NCBI GenBank assembly: GCA_965113315.1 | Contig: OZ220372.1 | Length of the DNA: 64,000 nucleotides | DNA from: Podarcis vaucheri | Taxonomy: Eukaryota | Strand: one strand, 5' to 3' | In this document: positions 48,013-61,879 of the stretch, one piece after another | Numbering within the stretch: the first letter of the stretch is position 1 | Layout of the letters: each line of letters opens with the position of its first letter | The notes under the pieces: model-generated | Told to the model about the DNA's origin: nothing | The model's database searches: none | The model's input: only the letters and a program-made list of their open reading frames with translations | Position numbers and translations under genes: made by a program

Positions 48013-49709
48013 TACAGGCACCCCCACTTACATGTGTTCTGCTTGCATGAAACCGTGTACACAAGCGGTGCTGGGAAACAATTAAACAATTCAATTCAAG
48101 CACAGAAATGGTGGGAGAGAGAACCCACCCGCGAGGAGACCTTACCTGGAGCCCAAAGAGGATGTCAGTGAGGGCGGAGGAAGCCCCAAAGAGACTGGAG
48201 GCACAGTAGGGCTTTGTTTATGCTGCTCAGCTTCCCCGCCTAACAGCTGATATGTGGGGTAGTGCAGCAGCAGCAGCAGCCTCTTTCCCACATGTCCTCC
48301 AGCCTCCTGCTGGTCCCAGAGGTTCAATTCTAGTTGTGGGTATTTTTGGATACAGCAGTTTTGGTATAGATTGGCAAAGAGGGTGTTTAAAGGGTATCCC
48401 CACTTTACTTATGCACGTGAGGCCCCAGGATGTAACCCCTGTGTAAGTGGGGGCTATACCTGTACTGCATTTTCCACATTTCTAAGCAAACAAACACAAT
48501 ACAGTTAAGAAAAAAAATAGTTGTACTATGCTATAGTACTATCCTTCCTGTGTTCAATCTGAGCCAATGCACTAACAGAAATGAAACTGAGCACAAAAGG
48601 GGCAGTATTGTTTCCTCTTCTGCACAACTGAAAATTAATACACTGATATAATAGATGCAAGTGATGAATGTTTGCATCTATTACGAGTGATGAATACATC
48701 AGTGTCTTTGTCTATATACATGCAACCAACGCTGCAAGCGGAATTATTAATAAGAGAGTCAAAAACAATTAATTTTGTAAGGTGGATTTTGTGGGTGCAC
48801 ATTCACATTTCCCATCTATAATTGCAATAATCAATACAGACCTCAAAGCCAAGCCAACTTCTTTCTATGGTATAAATTAATTTTGACCAAGTAAAAGAAG
48901 GCTATATCTAGTTATGAAATGGAAATATTATTACTAAGTGCCAGAAGCAAAACACACCTTCCAATTAATCAACTAAAACAGTGGTGGTAACCAACAAGCC
49001 ATGCGCCAAGTCCAGCAACGAGAGCATGCCATTCTATGCACATGAAAGCACCTTCTTGTGCGTATCATATTTTCCCCTGTAGTCCACTGAACCCCACAGG
49101 CAGAAGTGTGGCATGGAGGAGGCAGGCCCCCAATTATGTGCCACAAATGCCTTTACTTGTGCCATAGGTTGGCCATTCATGAACTAAAGAAGGGGTGGGG
49201 AACCTGGACTTGATCATTTCAGGCCAGGCTGTCTGGGGCTGATAGGAGTTGGACTTCACCAGCATCTGGAAGGTCATAGATTCCCTACCTATGGAATAAT
49301 CTATCATTACGATATAGTGTTTGTAGCCTTAATATAAAATGCATTTTCAGTGTACCTAAAAAACCATTTAAAAGAGGTTTAAGATCAGCTTTGGGTTCAA
49401 ACATAAAAACCTTAACTTTTTACAGCTGACAATCGTACAACTTTCTCTGAATTTGTATCTGCTTTTTATGCAGAAGGTCCCAGATTCAATCCCTGGAGTC
49501 TCTAGCCAGGGCTGGGACAGAAGACTGCCTGGAACCCCGGAGAGTTACTGTCAGTCAGGATAGACAATACCAAGATGAGCCAGTATAAGGAAGATTCTTA
49601 TGTTTCTAACATAATGGCCAAATTATTTTATCCAAGTAACTCAGCATTCATTTTTTAAAGAGAACAAAACAATTAAGCAGTGATTTAAATGTATAAATGT
49701 GGATCCTAC

Positions 49710-50009
49710 CATTTGCACCTACGGTTCTTGCTTGATTTTGGAAGGTCTTGGACCGCGTTCCATATTGCCCCGAATAGTGGCTTATCTGGGGGGATAATTC
49801 ATTCCAAGTACCACTCTGAGTTGGATGGAGGTTTGCCTGGGTTTCTGCAGGGGGATTCAGACGCTGAGCCCAGGCCAAATCTAAGTCCTGGGGTTCTTCC
49901 TTCAGTTTTTCTCCTTCTTTGCCAACTCTCTGATATATTCTTCCAGTGCTGTCATTCAGTAATCTTCTCATCCCTGTAATTTGTTTTTTAATTTCCCGGC
50001 TTTCATCTC
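49710..50009 (-). CDS. BEND7: BEND7 exon
   Basis: (G)DESREIKKQITGMRRLLNDSTGRIYQRVGKEGEKLKEEPQDLDL...SGQYGTRSKTFQNQARTVGAN. Acceptor ctctag, donor gtagga, 300 bp. Confidence 0.96.
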
Positions 50010-50303
50010 CTAGAGAAAACAGAGACACAGTTATCACAGTAAATTAGCAAAAATGGTAATGATACATGATACATATTACTACGTTTCAGAGAACTTTGAG
50101 GATGTCTACTTTCTGAAATGCATGCCAATTGGCATTGCACACACACATATGTATGCAGACAACTATTTTGTTGCCATACATACTATGCAGATGTGATACT
50201 AAATACATGATTACCTACAACGTAGAGAGTATATGTTTGAGTCTGCATAAGAGTTAAAAAATATATGAACAGAACCATTTAAGTTAGTTCAAATTATCAA
50301 GTA

Positions 50304-50529
50304 CAGTGTTACCTCGGGTTAAGAACTTAATTCGTTCTGGAAGTCTGTTCTTAACCTGAAACAGTTCTTAACCTGAAGGACCACTTTAGCTAATGGGGCC
50401 TCCTGCTGCCGCCACGCCGCCAGAGCATGATTTCTGTTCTCATCCTGAAGCAAAGTTCTTAACCCGAAGTACTATTTCTGGGTTAGCGGAGTCTGTAACC
50501 TGAAGTGTATGTAACCTGAGGTACCACTG
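50304..50529 (+). mobile_element. Tigger/pogo-type MITE (family 1)
   Basis: TA|CAGTGtTACCTCGGGTTAAG...AACCTGAGGTACCACTG|TA. Confidence 0.85.
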
Positions 50530-52449
50530 TATTGCTTCAATGCCACAGCTGTTGGGATGTACAGTAAGTGATAATAAAACAGTTTAATAAAACCTGCTTA
50601 AAATGTCATAGTTCATAAAAAGTAGTCTATTCTCATTACAAGAAACAAATGTAAATCACCTTTCTGGAGAGTCATTAAGGCTACTGCAAATGTAACAACG
50701 TGGAGTAAGAAGAACAGACCCACAGGAGCCACACACTCTCCAAAATTGTGGGGCATTCAAGGGTTTTAATCAGGGTTAGCAAGTCAGATATAACACTGAA
50801 CCTGGGCACAGGATTTATGAACATGAGGGGAAACAGTAGGCTCGTCCTTTAACACCACTTAATTTTACAACTGTACTGGCCCTTGGAAGTACCAGCAAAA
50901 CACAGAGGACTAAAACCAATCCCTTCTACTCACCTACTCTGAAATCAAAGAGAGGTTATTTGCACTGAGCCTGGCCTAGACTCTGAAAGAGTTACTTGTT
51001 TGCACAATTAACCACTTACTGATTTACTGTATCAAGCTTGAGAACTTAGCCCCTCATAGGATCAATCCATAGCAGCGAGTTGTTAGTTCAAAGGAATTTT
51101 ATAATGATGGAGAAGATGGAATAACAACAAAATTAATAATAAAAGAAAATGTTAGATTTTATTTAATACCTGCCTATTTAATATACACAGACTAACGTAT
51201 AGCCAGTCTCTGATGCATAGCAATTCAGAATGTGAAAAGGAAAAATATATATGAAAAATGCCACTGTTTCTAATGACAACTCTGCACATTTAAAAACAAT
51301 TATGTACTCGGCATCATCTGAGTATTAATTTTATTTATGACTGTGCTTATTTCACACTGAATGTGTGCATGTTTGGAGCAGAATGTTGCCATTTTGCCCA
51401 CTGAGGCATGCAAATACATTTCATTAGCAGTAGGAAAAGTCTGTAGCAAACCTATCAAGCATTTTAAGCATGAGTGGAAATGGATATTGAAAACAGACAG
51501 CATTCACATAAGATGAATTTTCTACGCTGAAGTCACTTCCTTGCAGGACACATGCATTTTTCTCCACATACTTGGACTAAACAAACAAAATGCCAAAAGT
51601 CTAAGCTTCTGCTTTCACAGCTTCTCAGAGTGGCTGCTCAGCCTCCCGAACCTGATAGAAGTGCTGGGGAAGATCTAGGGAGACAAGAGTCTACTGCGAT
51701 CTGCAGAAATCCACCATCATAAGCAGCATAAACACTGTTGAAGCAGAAATGAGCAGCCCTTCTGAGTCATATCTGGACCCTTTAATATATTGTACTCCCT
51801 TTATTAATCTGCCCCCGTTACAATACTCTTTTTGTGGAGAGTACTGAACATGGACGGAGCTCTTAGCTAGATTGGACTCTATGGGGCTTTCCCTGGAAGA
51901 TTCTGTGTGGGTGACAACAATAATACTCAGAATCTGTATAGCTCTTTCAACTATTCAAAGCACTTCACATACACTGTCTTCTGCAACAACCCTGGAAGGT
52001 CGGTCAGTAGCGTTATACCTGAGGATGAGAGACAATGGCTTGCCTAAGGCCACCTAGGCCGCTCATAGCTGAGGCAAGAACACCAGGGACTTCCTAGGTG
52101 GTGGCTCAGTTTCTTAGTGACTACGCTACACCGGCATGGAGCTGGAGGAGGTCTGCTCCTGGCAAATGAAACTGTGGCTTTGAGCTACATACTTGATGGC
52201 TCTGCCCTCTATTTGTGGCTGTTGTTGTTTATTGTATTTTAATGTTTGTTGTGAGCTGCCCTAAACATTTTATTGGAAAGGTTATATATTTTAAAACCTG
52301 CATCTGGAGGCCGATCTGGTATTAATGAGGGCAAACAAGCTGAAGTTTAATGCAGATTAGATGTGGAGGCGCTGTTTGTTGAGATTTCTGCTCATCTGGA
52401 TGAAGGTATGTATACAACCCATTTTGATTAGACAAATTCATGGAGCAGA

Positions 52450-52675
52450 GGGCTGTCAGTAACTACCAGCCACCATGGCTATGCTCTACCTCCAAAGCTG
52501 GAGACACAGCAATGCTTCCAAACACCAGTTGTTGGAAGCCACAGGAAGGGAGAGTGTTCTTGCGCTCTCATCTGCCCACTGGTTTCCCACAAGCATGAGG
52601 TTGGCCACTGTAAGAAGAGGATGCTGGACTAGATGGCCCACTGGCTGGATCCAGCTTGCTCTTTCCATGTCCTTA
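52450..52675 (+). mobile_element. Degraded CR1 3' UTR fragment
   Basis: GGTTGGCCACTGT...GGATGCTGGACTAGATGGCCCACTGG is the reverse-complement counterpart of the 9785-9900 region. Confidence 0.55.
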
Positions 52676-53019
52676 TCTGCTTAGGAAGGGCAGAATAGTT
52701 ATATTATCATAATCAGCATCACCACTGAACTAATGTGTGTTGTGCACAGCCCTTATGCAAACCTATATATGTCTGTCTATACAGGTTGAATATCATCTCA
52801 ATGGTCACTTACACTGCCCATCTTAACTGGATTTGGCTTCAGTTTTAGTTGCCTCTAGCACTGTTTAGATTAGAACATTCACTACTTCGCCTGTTGTAAA
52901 TGAAAAGAAGAAATATGGTTGGGGGTCATCAGCAAACTCTGTATGACCATTTCCAATGCTTGCATGTAGATGTTAAATAGCATGGGAGATAAAAATGAAC
53001 TCTGTAGGACTGTAAATAA

Positions 53020-53520
53020 AATAGATGTGAAAGTGTTGGGCAAAAATCCCCCCACCTTTGCCCTCTGGAACTAACCCATGAAAGAGGAGTAGCAACCAGA
53101 GCACAGTATCTCCAACTCCCATCCATGCCAGGCTATCCAGAAGGATAATACAGTCCATGGTACTGAAAGCTGTTGAGAGCTCAAAGATAATAAAAAGGGT
53201 CACAATCCTTCTATCTCTCCAGTACAACCAAGGAAGTCTCAGTCCTAAAAACATTGTTATCTAGGAATGTCCTGAAATGTGGTACCTCTGCACCCTTTTA
53301 GATGCTTTGGCCAAGATTACCAATGTCCAATAGTTGGACAAATCTGAAAGGTGCTAGGAAGAGTTGTCCAACAACTTCCTTCAAGGCAGCATGGGCCATC
53401 CCTTCTCACAAGGTGGCATTAACCTCCCCTTTAGCTAGATGTTATCAGCCAAGGTGGCCAAGGGTCAAGCACACTAAAGGTAGGTCAAACCTTTCCAAGC
53501 ACTATGTCACCCTCAGGCTG
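53020..53520 (-). mobile_element. Very degraded L2-type RT fragment
   Basis: ORF 52973-53254 contains ELSTAFSTMDCIILLDSL, compared with the RT motif DLSAAFDTIDHxILLxRL. Confidence 0.5.
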
Positions 53521-55026
53521 CAATAATTAAAAATGAGCTAAGCAATTGCAGCAAAATGGTGCTAAAAGAACTTCTGGTATTTGTACTGCTGTCAACCAGA
53601 AGTACAGGTCAAAGCAGAAGACAATGATTTTTACCTGGAAAATGCTTGGCAAATAATTAACAGTGGGCTGTTCCAGGAGTTCCAATTCATCTCCCAGTTA
53701 TCCAAATGTGTGAGCCTACTCAGTTATCTGGGAAAAGGCTCAACTGGATGACACAGAGCAGACACTGTGTCAGAGAAGACTTCTATTCTCCATCAGCCTT
53801 CAAATGGGTCTAGTCAGATTCATTCTGCATGTTCTTCCACTTGGATTCAAGTTGTCTTTGCAACTGTTTCATCACCACAAGCTCCCCAGAATACCAAGGG
53901 TCAGATCAATACAATATTATGTATAGTAGCAATTTTGTCTGTTAACAGAGCCACTTCAGCATTCCACAGATCAAAGAGAGCACAGCAGAACTGCCAGCCC
54001 TTTTGGCTGGAAAGTATAGTGGTGGAACTATAAGGAAACCACCTTGCTCCATCAGTTTCCAAAGGCAAACCAATCTAAATGGGCTCCTATCCCTACAAGG
54101 AATCAAAAGCACCAACAGCTTAAACCACCTGCAGGTATAGGGCGGTATGCAAATTGAATAAATAAATAAATAAAAATTAAATAAACAGCTTAAACTCAGT
54201 GGCCTATGCTGCTAAAGTCTTTCTTACAGAGCTCCATAGGAGAGCTGGTGAGATAGACCAAACTAATGTACAAACTAATGTACAGAACATGTTTTAACAC
54301 TGTGAAGTAGTGCCTAGTATTGTAAGGTAGTTCCCAACACATCTGGTAACGCCTTTGTCAGGGAACCCTCCCATGCACTATTTACTCTGACAGGTAAATG
54401 CTTCCTTGTATCTATTATTCAGCAAGAAGAGCCTTATTTCCAAAATGTCACCTTAAGCAGAACAGAACTACAATACAATTCAGTGCCAGAACAACGGTTT
54501 TGCATGCACCAGGCCCCAGGTTTAATCTCCAGCATCTCCAGAGTCAGCTGGGGAAAACTTCTGCCTGAAGACCTGGAAAGCCACTGCCAGTCAGTGTAGG
54601 CAATACTGAGCTAAATGGACCAATGACTTGACTCAGTCAAATGGACCAATGGCCTGACTCCTATGTTCCTTCCAACGAGTGTTCTGTGTAGTTAGAATCA
54701 TTGCTCTATTTATTTCTCATTAGGGGAATTGAACATGGTTACTCTGACCCTGATTAATTTTGTTGATCTTTCCCTATTTTGGAGAAGTATACTGTGTAAT
54801 TGGATACCAGTGTTGTCTTCTCTTCCACCAAGGATATCAGAACATTGCTGATCTCCTTGAATAATATTTGCAGGCCAGTTCATAGCATTTCAAGGCCTGA
54901 AGATGTTCAACATGCACATAAGCCTCAGTACAGGCTTCCTTCCACAAGTAGGAAATTTAGCAATAAAAAACACAATATTCATCTTTTTAATAGTATCATT
55001 GACACAGCAATTTACCAATAATTAAG

Positions 55027-55217
55027 TCAAAAGAAATAAATAAAAATTAAAAAATTGTCCCATAGCACCTTAGAGTGTCCCATAGCACCTTAGAGTGAAG
55101 AATATGAAAGCTTATACCCACAACAAACTTAGTTGGTCTCTAAGGTGCTACGGGACAATTTTTTGATTTTTATTTATTTCTTTCGACTGCATCAGACCAA
55201 CATGGCTACCTATCTGA
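55027..55217. mobile_element. Penelope pseudo-LTR fold-back mini-insertion
   Basis: 13-bp TSD ACCAATAATTAAG (55014-55026 / 55218-55230). Inverted arms about 50 bp long, a GAAAGCTTATAC hammerhead remnant, and an internal TGTCCCATAGCACCTTAGAG duplication. Confidence 0.8.
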
Positions 55218-55279
55218 ACCAATAATTAAGGACAGTGAACTTTTTTACATTGGGGTCCGCATGATATGCCTACTACATA

Positions 55280-55505
55280 CAGTGGTACCTCAGGTTAAGA
55301 ACTTAATTCATTCCGGAGGTCCGTTCTTAACCTGAAACTGTTCTTAACCTGAAGCACCACTTTAGCTAATGCGGCCTCCTGCTGCAGCCACCCCACCGGA
55401 GCACGATTTCTGTTCTCATCCTGAAGCAAAGTTCTTAACCTGAAGCACTACTTCTGGGTTAGCGGAGTCTGTAACCTGAAGTGTATGTAACCTGAGGTAC
55501 CACTG
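55280..55505 (+). mobile_element. Tigger/pogo-type MITE (family 1)
   Basis: TA|CAGTGGTACCTCAGGTTAAG...AACCTGAGGTACCACTG|TA. Confidence 0.87.
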
Positions 55506-55616
55506 TAATTTGGAATTTGGCCCCAAGATTTAAGAAAATATCGCTAGTGTGTTTGACCCAACACTTACATAAGCAATTGTAGCTATTAAAAGAGAAGATG
55601 AAAGTAAATTTAATAA

Positions 55617-55899
55617 TCGAATCATAGAATCATAGAGTTGGAAGAGACCACAAGGGCCATCAAGTCCAACCCCCTGCCAAGCAGGAAACACCATCAGAGC
55701 ACTCCTGACATATGGTTGTCAAGCCTCTGCTTAAAGACCTCCAAAGTAGGAGACTCCACCACACTCCTTGGCAGCAAATTCCACTGTCAAACAGCTCTTA
55801 CTGTCAGGAAGTTCTTCCTAATGTTTAGGTGGAATCTTCTTTCTTGTAGTTTGGATCCATTGCTCCATGTCCGCTTCTCTGGAGCAGCAGAAAACAACC
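55617..55899 (-). mobile_element. Young CR1 3' fragment
   Basis: Near-identical reverse complement of about 62350-62640, including the (CATAGAAT)n tail. Confidence 0.92.
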
Positions 55900-56015
55900 T
55901 ACTACTGCTAATTTTTTTCTGATTGACTATGGTTAAAAATATTGTTTTGAGGACAATGTGCTTTGAGGGTACACATCCTATACCCATTTATTTGGGAGTA
56001 AACCTCACTGTATGA

Positions 56016-56397
56016 GGGACGCGGGTGGTGCTGTGGTCTAAACCACTGAGCCTCTTGGGCTTGCCAATCAGAAGGTCGGCAGTTCGAATCCCCATGATGG
56101 GGTGAGCTCCCTTTGCTTGGTCCCAGCTGCTGCCAACATAGAAGTTCAAAAGCACGCCAAAACAAAGTGCAAGTAGATAAATAGGTACCGCTTCAGCGGG
56201 AAGGTAAATGGCGTTTCCGTGCGCTGCTCTGGTTTCAGTGTTCTGTTGCGCCAGAAGCGGCTTAGTCATGCTGCCCACATGACCTGAAAAACTGTCTGCG
56301 GACAACGCCGGCTCCCTCGGCCTGTAAAGTGAGATGAGCGCCGCAACCCCAGAGTCATTTGCGACTGGACTTAACTGTCAGGGGTCCTTTACCTTTT
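56016..56397 (+). mobile_element. Sauria SINE, full length
   Basis: GGGACGCGGGTGGTGCTGTGGTCTAAAACC head and CCTTTACCTTTTT tail. TSD AAACCTCACTGTA / AAACCTCATTGTA. Confidence 0.9.
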
Positions 56398-58226
56398 TAA
56401 ACCTCATTGTACTCTATAGGATTTACTTCCAAATAAGCATGTATAGAATTTCACGATCATTTACACTATATAGCCCTTCCCTACTGCAAGCCCACTTCAC
56501 TCATTTTATTCTGGCAAAATGAAGTTATTGGTCTACCAAAATCTAATTCATCAAAACAAAAATGTAGTAAAACACACAGACACCTGCACTGCAGCATATT
56601 TCAGTCCCACTTTATATCAGCCATAAACATCTCTGCTTTCTGCACCTCTTCAAAATAAATTCACATTGAAGACTGCACACAGTGTAGCATTCAGTTTTAT
56701 GAAACTATAAAGTTCTTCATTGTTAATTACACAGATAAATGTCTCATCACACATTTGGTTACCAGGATTGCATAATTAGTTTTCTACATTAACCTTTCAA
56801 AAGCAGAATCTCAATTGCAAGTTTAAAACCATTGTAAAAATTGTTTACAACAGACCTATGTTTCCCTGTGCTTCTAGAAAGCAATGCATTCCACAGAAGC
56901 CAGAGGAAAGCAATATAAGCATTATGACTCTTAAGAACTTTTAGCAATGGAGGGAGGTTGATAGCTCTATGGAGTCTTTTTTGGGAGACAAAAATCTGAA
57001 ACCCATTAAATAAAGTAAAATAAATTCACACCTTGCCATGCTATGCCAAAATAACCCTTAACACTATGGACAAAGCCAAAGGCCTACCACAAGCGACGTA
57101 AAAAAAGATGCTTCAACTGTTAAAACCACAAACAGAGAACAGAACCAATGCACCTTTGTGGGTTTGCATAACAGATTCAGAAATGTTTATCTACCACCAT
57201 ATCTTACCATGCCGCTGATGTCACAGTACGTGAGTCTCTGGTGACAGCCACACTTTCTCCAACACAGCCATTTTACCAGGCCCAGCAGGGGACTTTGTGA
57301 GACCACTGCACAGCACAACATTGGAGGGAAGTAGCTCATGTGTAATAAGAGTAGCTGTTGCCCCACTTGAAGGATCCGTGTGGCAGCAATGAATGAAATT
57401 AAAGAATTCTGTTTACAGCAGTGAGGCACTGAATTCTGCAGTGTCTGATTCTTCTCCATAGGAGAACTTAAGCACTTTTATGGTTAACTGTTTAAAATCT
57501 TTGGCATTAAGCAATAAATATGTTTTATAAGATAGATCAAGAGCAGCTAGGATTCTTCTGCATTACAGCAGGTATGAGCAGTTGAACTATAGGGGGTCAG
57601 AATCATAGTAGGGGCAATCATGACAGTTATGAGCAATTCACTGATAAAGTCCTATCTAGCTTCAGTTAGGAAGACAGTAATATTTCATTATTTTCTTTAC
57701 ACATTTTGGACCCCTGATTTAATTTAATTTGGCTGTGGTTAAGATAAGTGCCATGTTTGCAGAGGTGAAGGGACATTATATTAAGACAACACAATAATCC
57801 CACCCATGGCCAAAGCAAAACCAAACAAATAGTGGCTTCCTGGAAATTGAATTTCTGTTATCCAGATGTCAAAGATGTAATGCCCCAATTACACAAACTA
57901 TTGCCAGTGAAGCATGCCAGCAAATATGCAATGTAAATGGGTTGAGCACAGAGCTGCAAACTACATAGTCAGCATCTTGTTCTCTGGGTGAGTGATAATT
58001 AGCATTGTGGGTAGACACTAATAAACATTTATGTCTCAAATTACAGCATTCTTCGCAAATGTTAATAAAAGATATGCTGGCAATTGGCAAAATAGAGAGA
58101 CATTTCAAAAGAACATCCTATAAAACAATGGCGACTACTTCCTATAGGCATGCAGTAATTCTCACCCACCCACATGCTTGCTGCCACAAATGTGCCATTT
58201 AGAAATTAATCAACGTGAGAACATAC

Positions 58227-58310
58227 CTAAATAAAATTGTTGCGCTTCTTTGGCCTCCCCATTAACATCATTACTATAGTCAGGGATCTTGTATGCCTCA
58301 TGGTGATAAT
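58227..58310 (-). CDS. BEND7: BEND7 second coding exon (84 bp, not in ORF track)
   Basis: ttaattccag|AT TAT CAC...TTA G|gtatgt encodes (D)YHHEAYKIPDYSNDVNGEAKEAQQFYL, matching the recalled BEND7 DYHHEVYKIPEFSNDVNGEAKETQPIFL. Its phase joins the 50009 exon. Confidence 0.92.
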   Translation of the reverse strand: MITMRHTRSLTIVMMLMGRPKKRNNFI

Positions 58311-59237
58311 CTGGAATTAAAAATAGGGAGATGAATTAGAATTCAAGTGATCTGGAAAAAAATGAACACTGAATACGATGTTACAATTTTATCTCATAAT
58401 CTCCCAGTGTATCTGCTTTTTTATTCCGTGCAGTCAATGAAAACGTGCTCTGTGTCAGCCCTCCCTAAAAACAAATAAAGCCCTCTGCTTTTGCTGAAGG
58501 CACTTAACCAAAATATTTTCCATTTTTCAGCAAACAGCTATGTCTGGGGGTTCAGTTGTGGTGTTCATTTTCACAATAAATTAATATAGCAGACACCAAC
58601 TATCTGGAGTGTTGTCTTTTGCTGTGTCTTTCAGAATGCATGGGAGATTTTGACAGAAATGAAAAGTGTGCCATCCTTACAGACAAATAGAAATTTGTAA
58701 GTCTTGCCTGATGACAAAATTAGTGGGAAGCTCAATGAATAACCTTTTAGCTCTTTGGCCTTTTATCTGGGAAGGTTGCCAATGAATTCTAACGGGAGCA
58801 GATCAGGCTCTACGAATGGAAATTAATAAAAAAATTCAAATAAAACTGAATACATATAATGAATGTAGAAGCTCCCTTTTTATCACAACTACATAGTGAA
58901 TAAGTAATAATACCTATGCAGGCAGGTATATGCAAGCAGAAAAAAGGAATTATGGCAGGCATTTATAGGAAGACTATATTCCTGGCTTTTGTTTCTGACC
59001 CTACTGCTAGCACACTCTGTCCTTAGGCTTGCAGTTGACAGATTAAATATTCAGAAATAAGGAATCTTCAGTAACAGTGGAGTCTGGTATAAGGAATATC
59101 CATTACATCCAATGGAAGTGTGATCTAATGTCAGAACAAAACTAGTTTATTGACAATCTATCTCCTCTATGCAAAAATATCAGAGAAATCAAATGATGGG
59201 TCCCTAATCCCTGCTCTCATCAGCAAAGGTTAGTGGT

Positions 59238-59370
59238 GACTGGGATAGTTCAGACAGTAGAGCATGAGACTCTTTAATCTCAGGGTCATGGGTTGAAGCC
59301 CCCACCCCCATTGAGACTAGATAACCTGACCCTTGGGTCCCTTTCAACCCTACAATTCTATCATTCCATG
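59238..59370 (+). mobile_element. Short SINE: tRNA-Lys(CTT)-derived head joined to a CR1-type tail
   Basis: TAGtTCAGaCaGTAGAGCATGAGACTCtTTAATCTCAGGGTCaTGGGTTgaAGCCCC followed by GACTAGAT...CCCTTTCAACCCTACAATTCTAT. Too degenerate to be a functional tRNA. Confidence 0.7.
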
Positions 59371-60904
59371 ACTGAGTTTGCCTTGAGTGACTACTCAAGA
59401 TGTTTACTTATGGAGGGGACACCACGTTTTGCATGTTTGTTCTTCTCACTGCTGTAGAGCAGGAGGTTCACAAACTTCGTTGCTCTGAGTCTCTTCAAAG
59501 TAAGAAAACAACTAGACAGATGGTTCTTCTAGCAGGGCTCACACTTGTCCTCAGTTCAGAGGCCAGCAATCAAAAAATGATTGAGGGTCTTAGTCTGCAT
59601 GAACTCACAGAATGCTTTGAAGTCCCTAGGGAATAAAAAGGTTACACAAAAGAGCTATCGTCCTCATAGGAGTGATCACAAACACAAGGGATAAGGCATT
59701 ACAAATCTAGCACATTACATTAAATTATTGGCACTTAGCCTACTGGCCCAACTAGTGAACAATGACACCCTAAGATAAAAAAGGCCACAGCAGAAATAGA
59801 GAATATGAGCAACATAAGGGTAAGACAAAGAGTGGTATACCCTGAGTTCAAATCCTACTTCAGCAATCTATTCACCGGGGGGGGGGTGCTTTAGGCAAGA
59901 CACTACCTGCCAACCTCAGCCTTTCAGGGATGTTGTAAGAGTCTAGGAGAAAGACTACATAAACTCCAGCTCTTATTAAGTTCTAGGAATAAGAAAGTGT
60001 AAAATTAATTCTGGACACGTTTACTGAGAAGTCAGTCCCACTGCCTTCAAAGGAAATGATTTCCAAGTGAGAATGCAAAAACTGACAGCCTAACTCATTT
60101 TTACAGCCTAATCCTAAGCACATTTTTGCAACAGGATTTATGTGGTCTTAGGGAAGTGTTATGCACAAAAGGAGATGTATATATTTAAAGATCCCAGGGT
60201 CCCTGGAATTGATGGTTTCTTCTGTTCCCTGCCTGAAATAACCACACTTTTATTCTTTAGTATCAAAATGCCCATCATTAGGGTGTCATGGGCATACACA
60301 GAGGTGGGGAGCTGCACTGCAAGGGCCACTAAGGGGTGAGTACCTGCTTATGCTATTCCCACCACTGAGGGCTGAGTCACCAGTGTCAGCGTGCCCAAAG
60401 CCAGGATTTTACATTTCCTTATTACAAACTCATGCAAACCACTCAGCTTATGTGAAAGAAAATCAACAGATGCACTTGAGGACACCACCATGGTAGTGGT
60501 AAACCTGCCCTTGGCTGATGGGAGTTCCAGCCAGTGCAAGTCCTGCCTGTGTAGTCCATAGAGCGGCTCCTTCATCTACATCGTCTCATGGTGGTTGTTT
60601 CTTCATCACACGAGCGTGTACCACAGGGGTACACCCAATGCCTGCAGATACCACGGCACCTACAAGGTTTTAACTGGTGAGCTCTCTTTTGAAAAAAGAA
60701 GTAAGTCTCTTTCTTCCCTAGAAAGTAAGGTATGGGACAAAATGTGAAGGTACCTTCTAAACAATTTCTGTGAAATGGCAGTGAGTGTGGTGTGGCCACT
60801 TTGTACATTTTTTCTGGTACTAAGAAATGTTCTCTGTTGTTAGACAGAAACAGCATCACTGGGGGGGGGGGGTTTCTACACAACGAAGGGCAGTAGGACA
60901 GAGC

Positions 60905-61183
60905 CAGGCCTGTGCAGAGCTTGTCTGAGGCCTGGGGCAGGAGTCTTGTCCATGAGACGCTCTACGCTAGTACACAGTAATGCAGGTCCATATTTTAGTA
61001 CTGAAGGCCTGCAGTGAATACAGTTACACCCATTAAGTCTCTGGGCAGCTGGGAAGCCCAGGGCATTCTTGGCAATGCAGCATAAGCCCATTAGGCCCCT
61101 GGCAGGACCCCCCGGGTATACTTAGCTCTTTGAGGCCCAGGGCAGGAGTACCCAGTTGCCCCCCAACCCTCTGTACGGGCCTG
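60905..61183. mobile_element. Degraded hAT-type MITE
   Basis: TIRs CAGGCCTGTGCAGAG / CTCTGTACGGGCCTG match 13 of 15. Flanks GACAGAGC / GAAAAAGC match 6 of 8. Confidence 0.6.
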
Positions 61184-61879
61184 GAAAAAGCTAGTTTCCC
61201 ATAGTAAGTGGAATGTCTCCAAGGGTAGCTGTCCTCCTTATTTTGTGTTGTGCCATGCTCCCCATGGCAGCCATTTTGTGTTATGCCTTCCCCCACCCCA
61301 GCAGTTATTCTGTGGCTGGCATCCCAGAACTCTCTCAAAATTCAAAAATTGTGTCCACCGGTCCAAAGAGGCTGGCTATCCCTGGTGCAACAGAACGTTG
61401 GGAACTGGGTTTTAGACAAGAGAAACAGAGCGACCAGATCCATTACTTGAATCATGCTAGACAGGAGCACACGATCCATTCAGACATTTGCACTGGGGAG
61501 AAAGGAATGGAACTAAGAGTCTGCACTATGTTCACAATTTCTAGCTTTCACCAAGGCAATACGGATTGCTAAACTCTAAATGCAATTTTGAAATAAAGAT
61601 TTAATATTACAATAAGTGAGCACACAGCCCCTGAGCCAAATGCAATACACAATATTCCTTGGCTAGGAAACATGCCTGCACTGACAAAAATATAAGAAGT
61701 AACTACAGTTTGTCCTCCAAAAGTTCAGAACAGACTCTTCTGTTTTTTAGATTTTAAAATAAATTAATGCTTCTACTTGAAATTATTATTAGATTTAGGG
61801 CCTGGTTCAAGATTCTAAATATCTGGGCATGCGGACACCACTGAATAGTATTGTAAAGTATTGCACCACTGAATAGTAT

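Noticed and set aside
58320-58850. Possible conserved non-coding element next to BEND7 exon 2 (likewise about 39900-40400)
   Set aside because: It is repeat-free and looks regulatory, but conservation cannot be assessed without alignments.
59238-59312. tRNA-Lys gene
   Set aside because: The B box and stems are mutated, the anticodon loop has an insertion, and it is fused to a CR1-like tail, so it is a SINE head.
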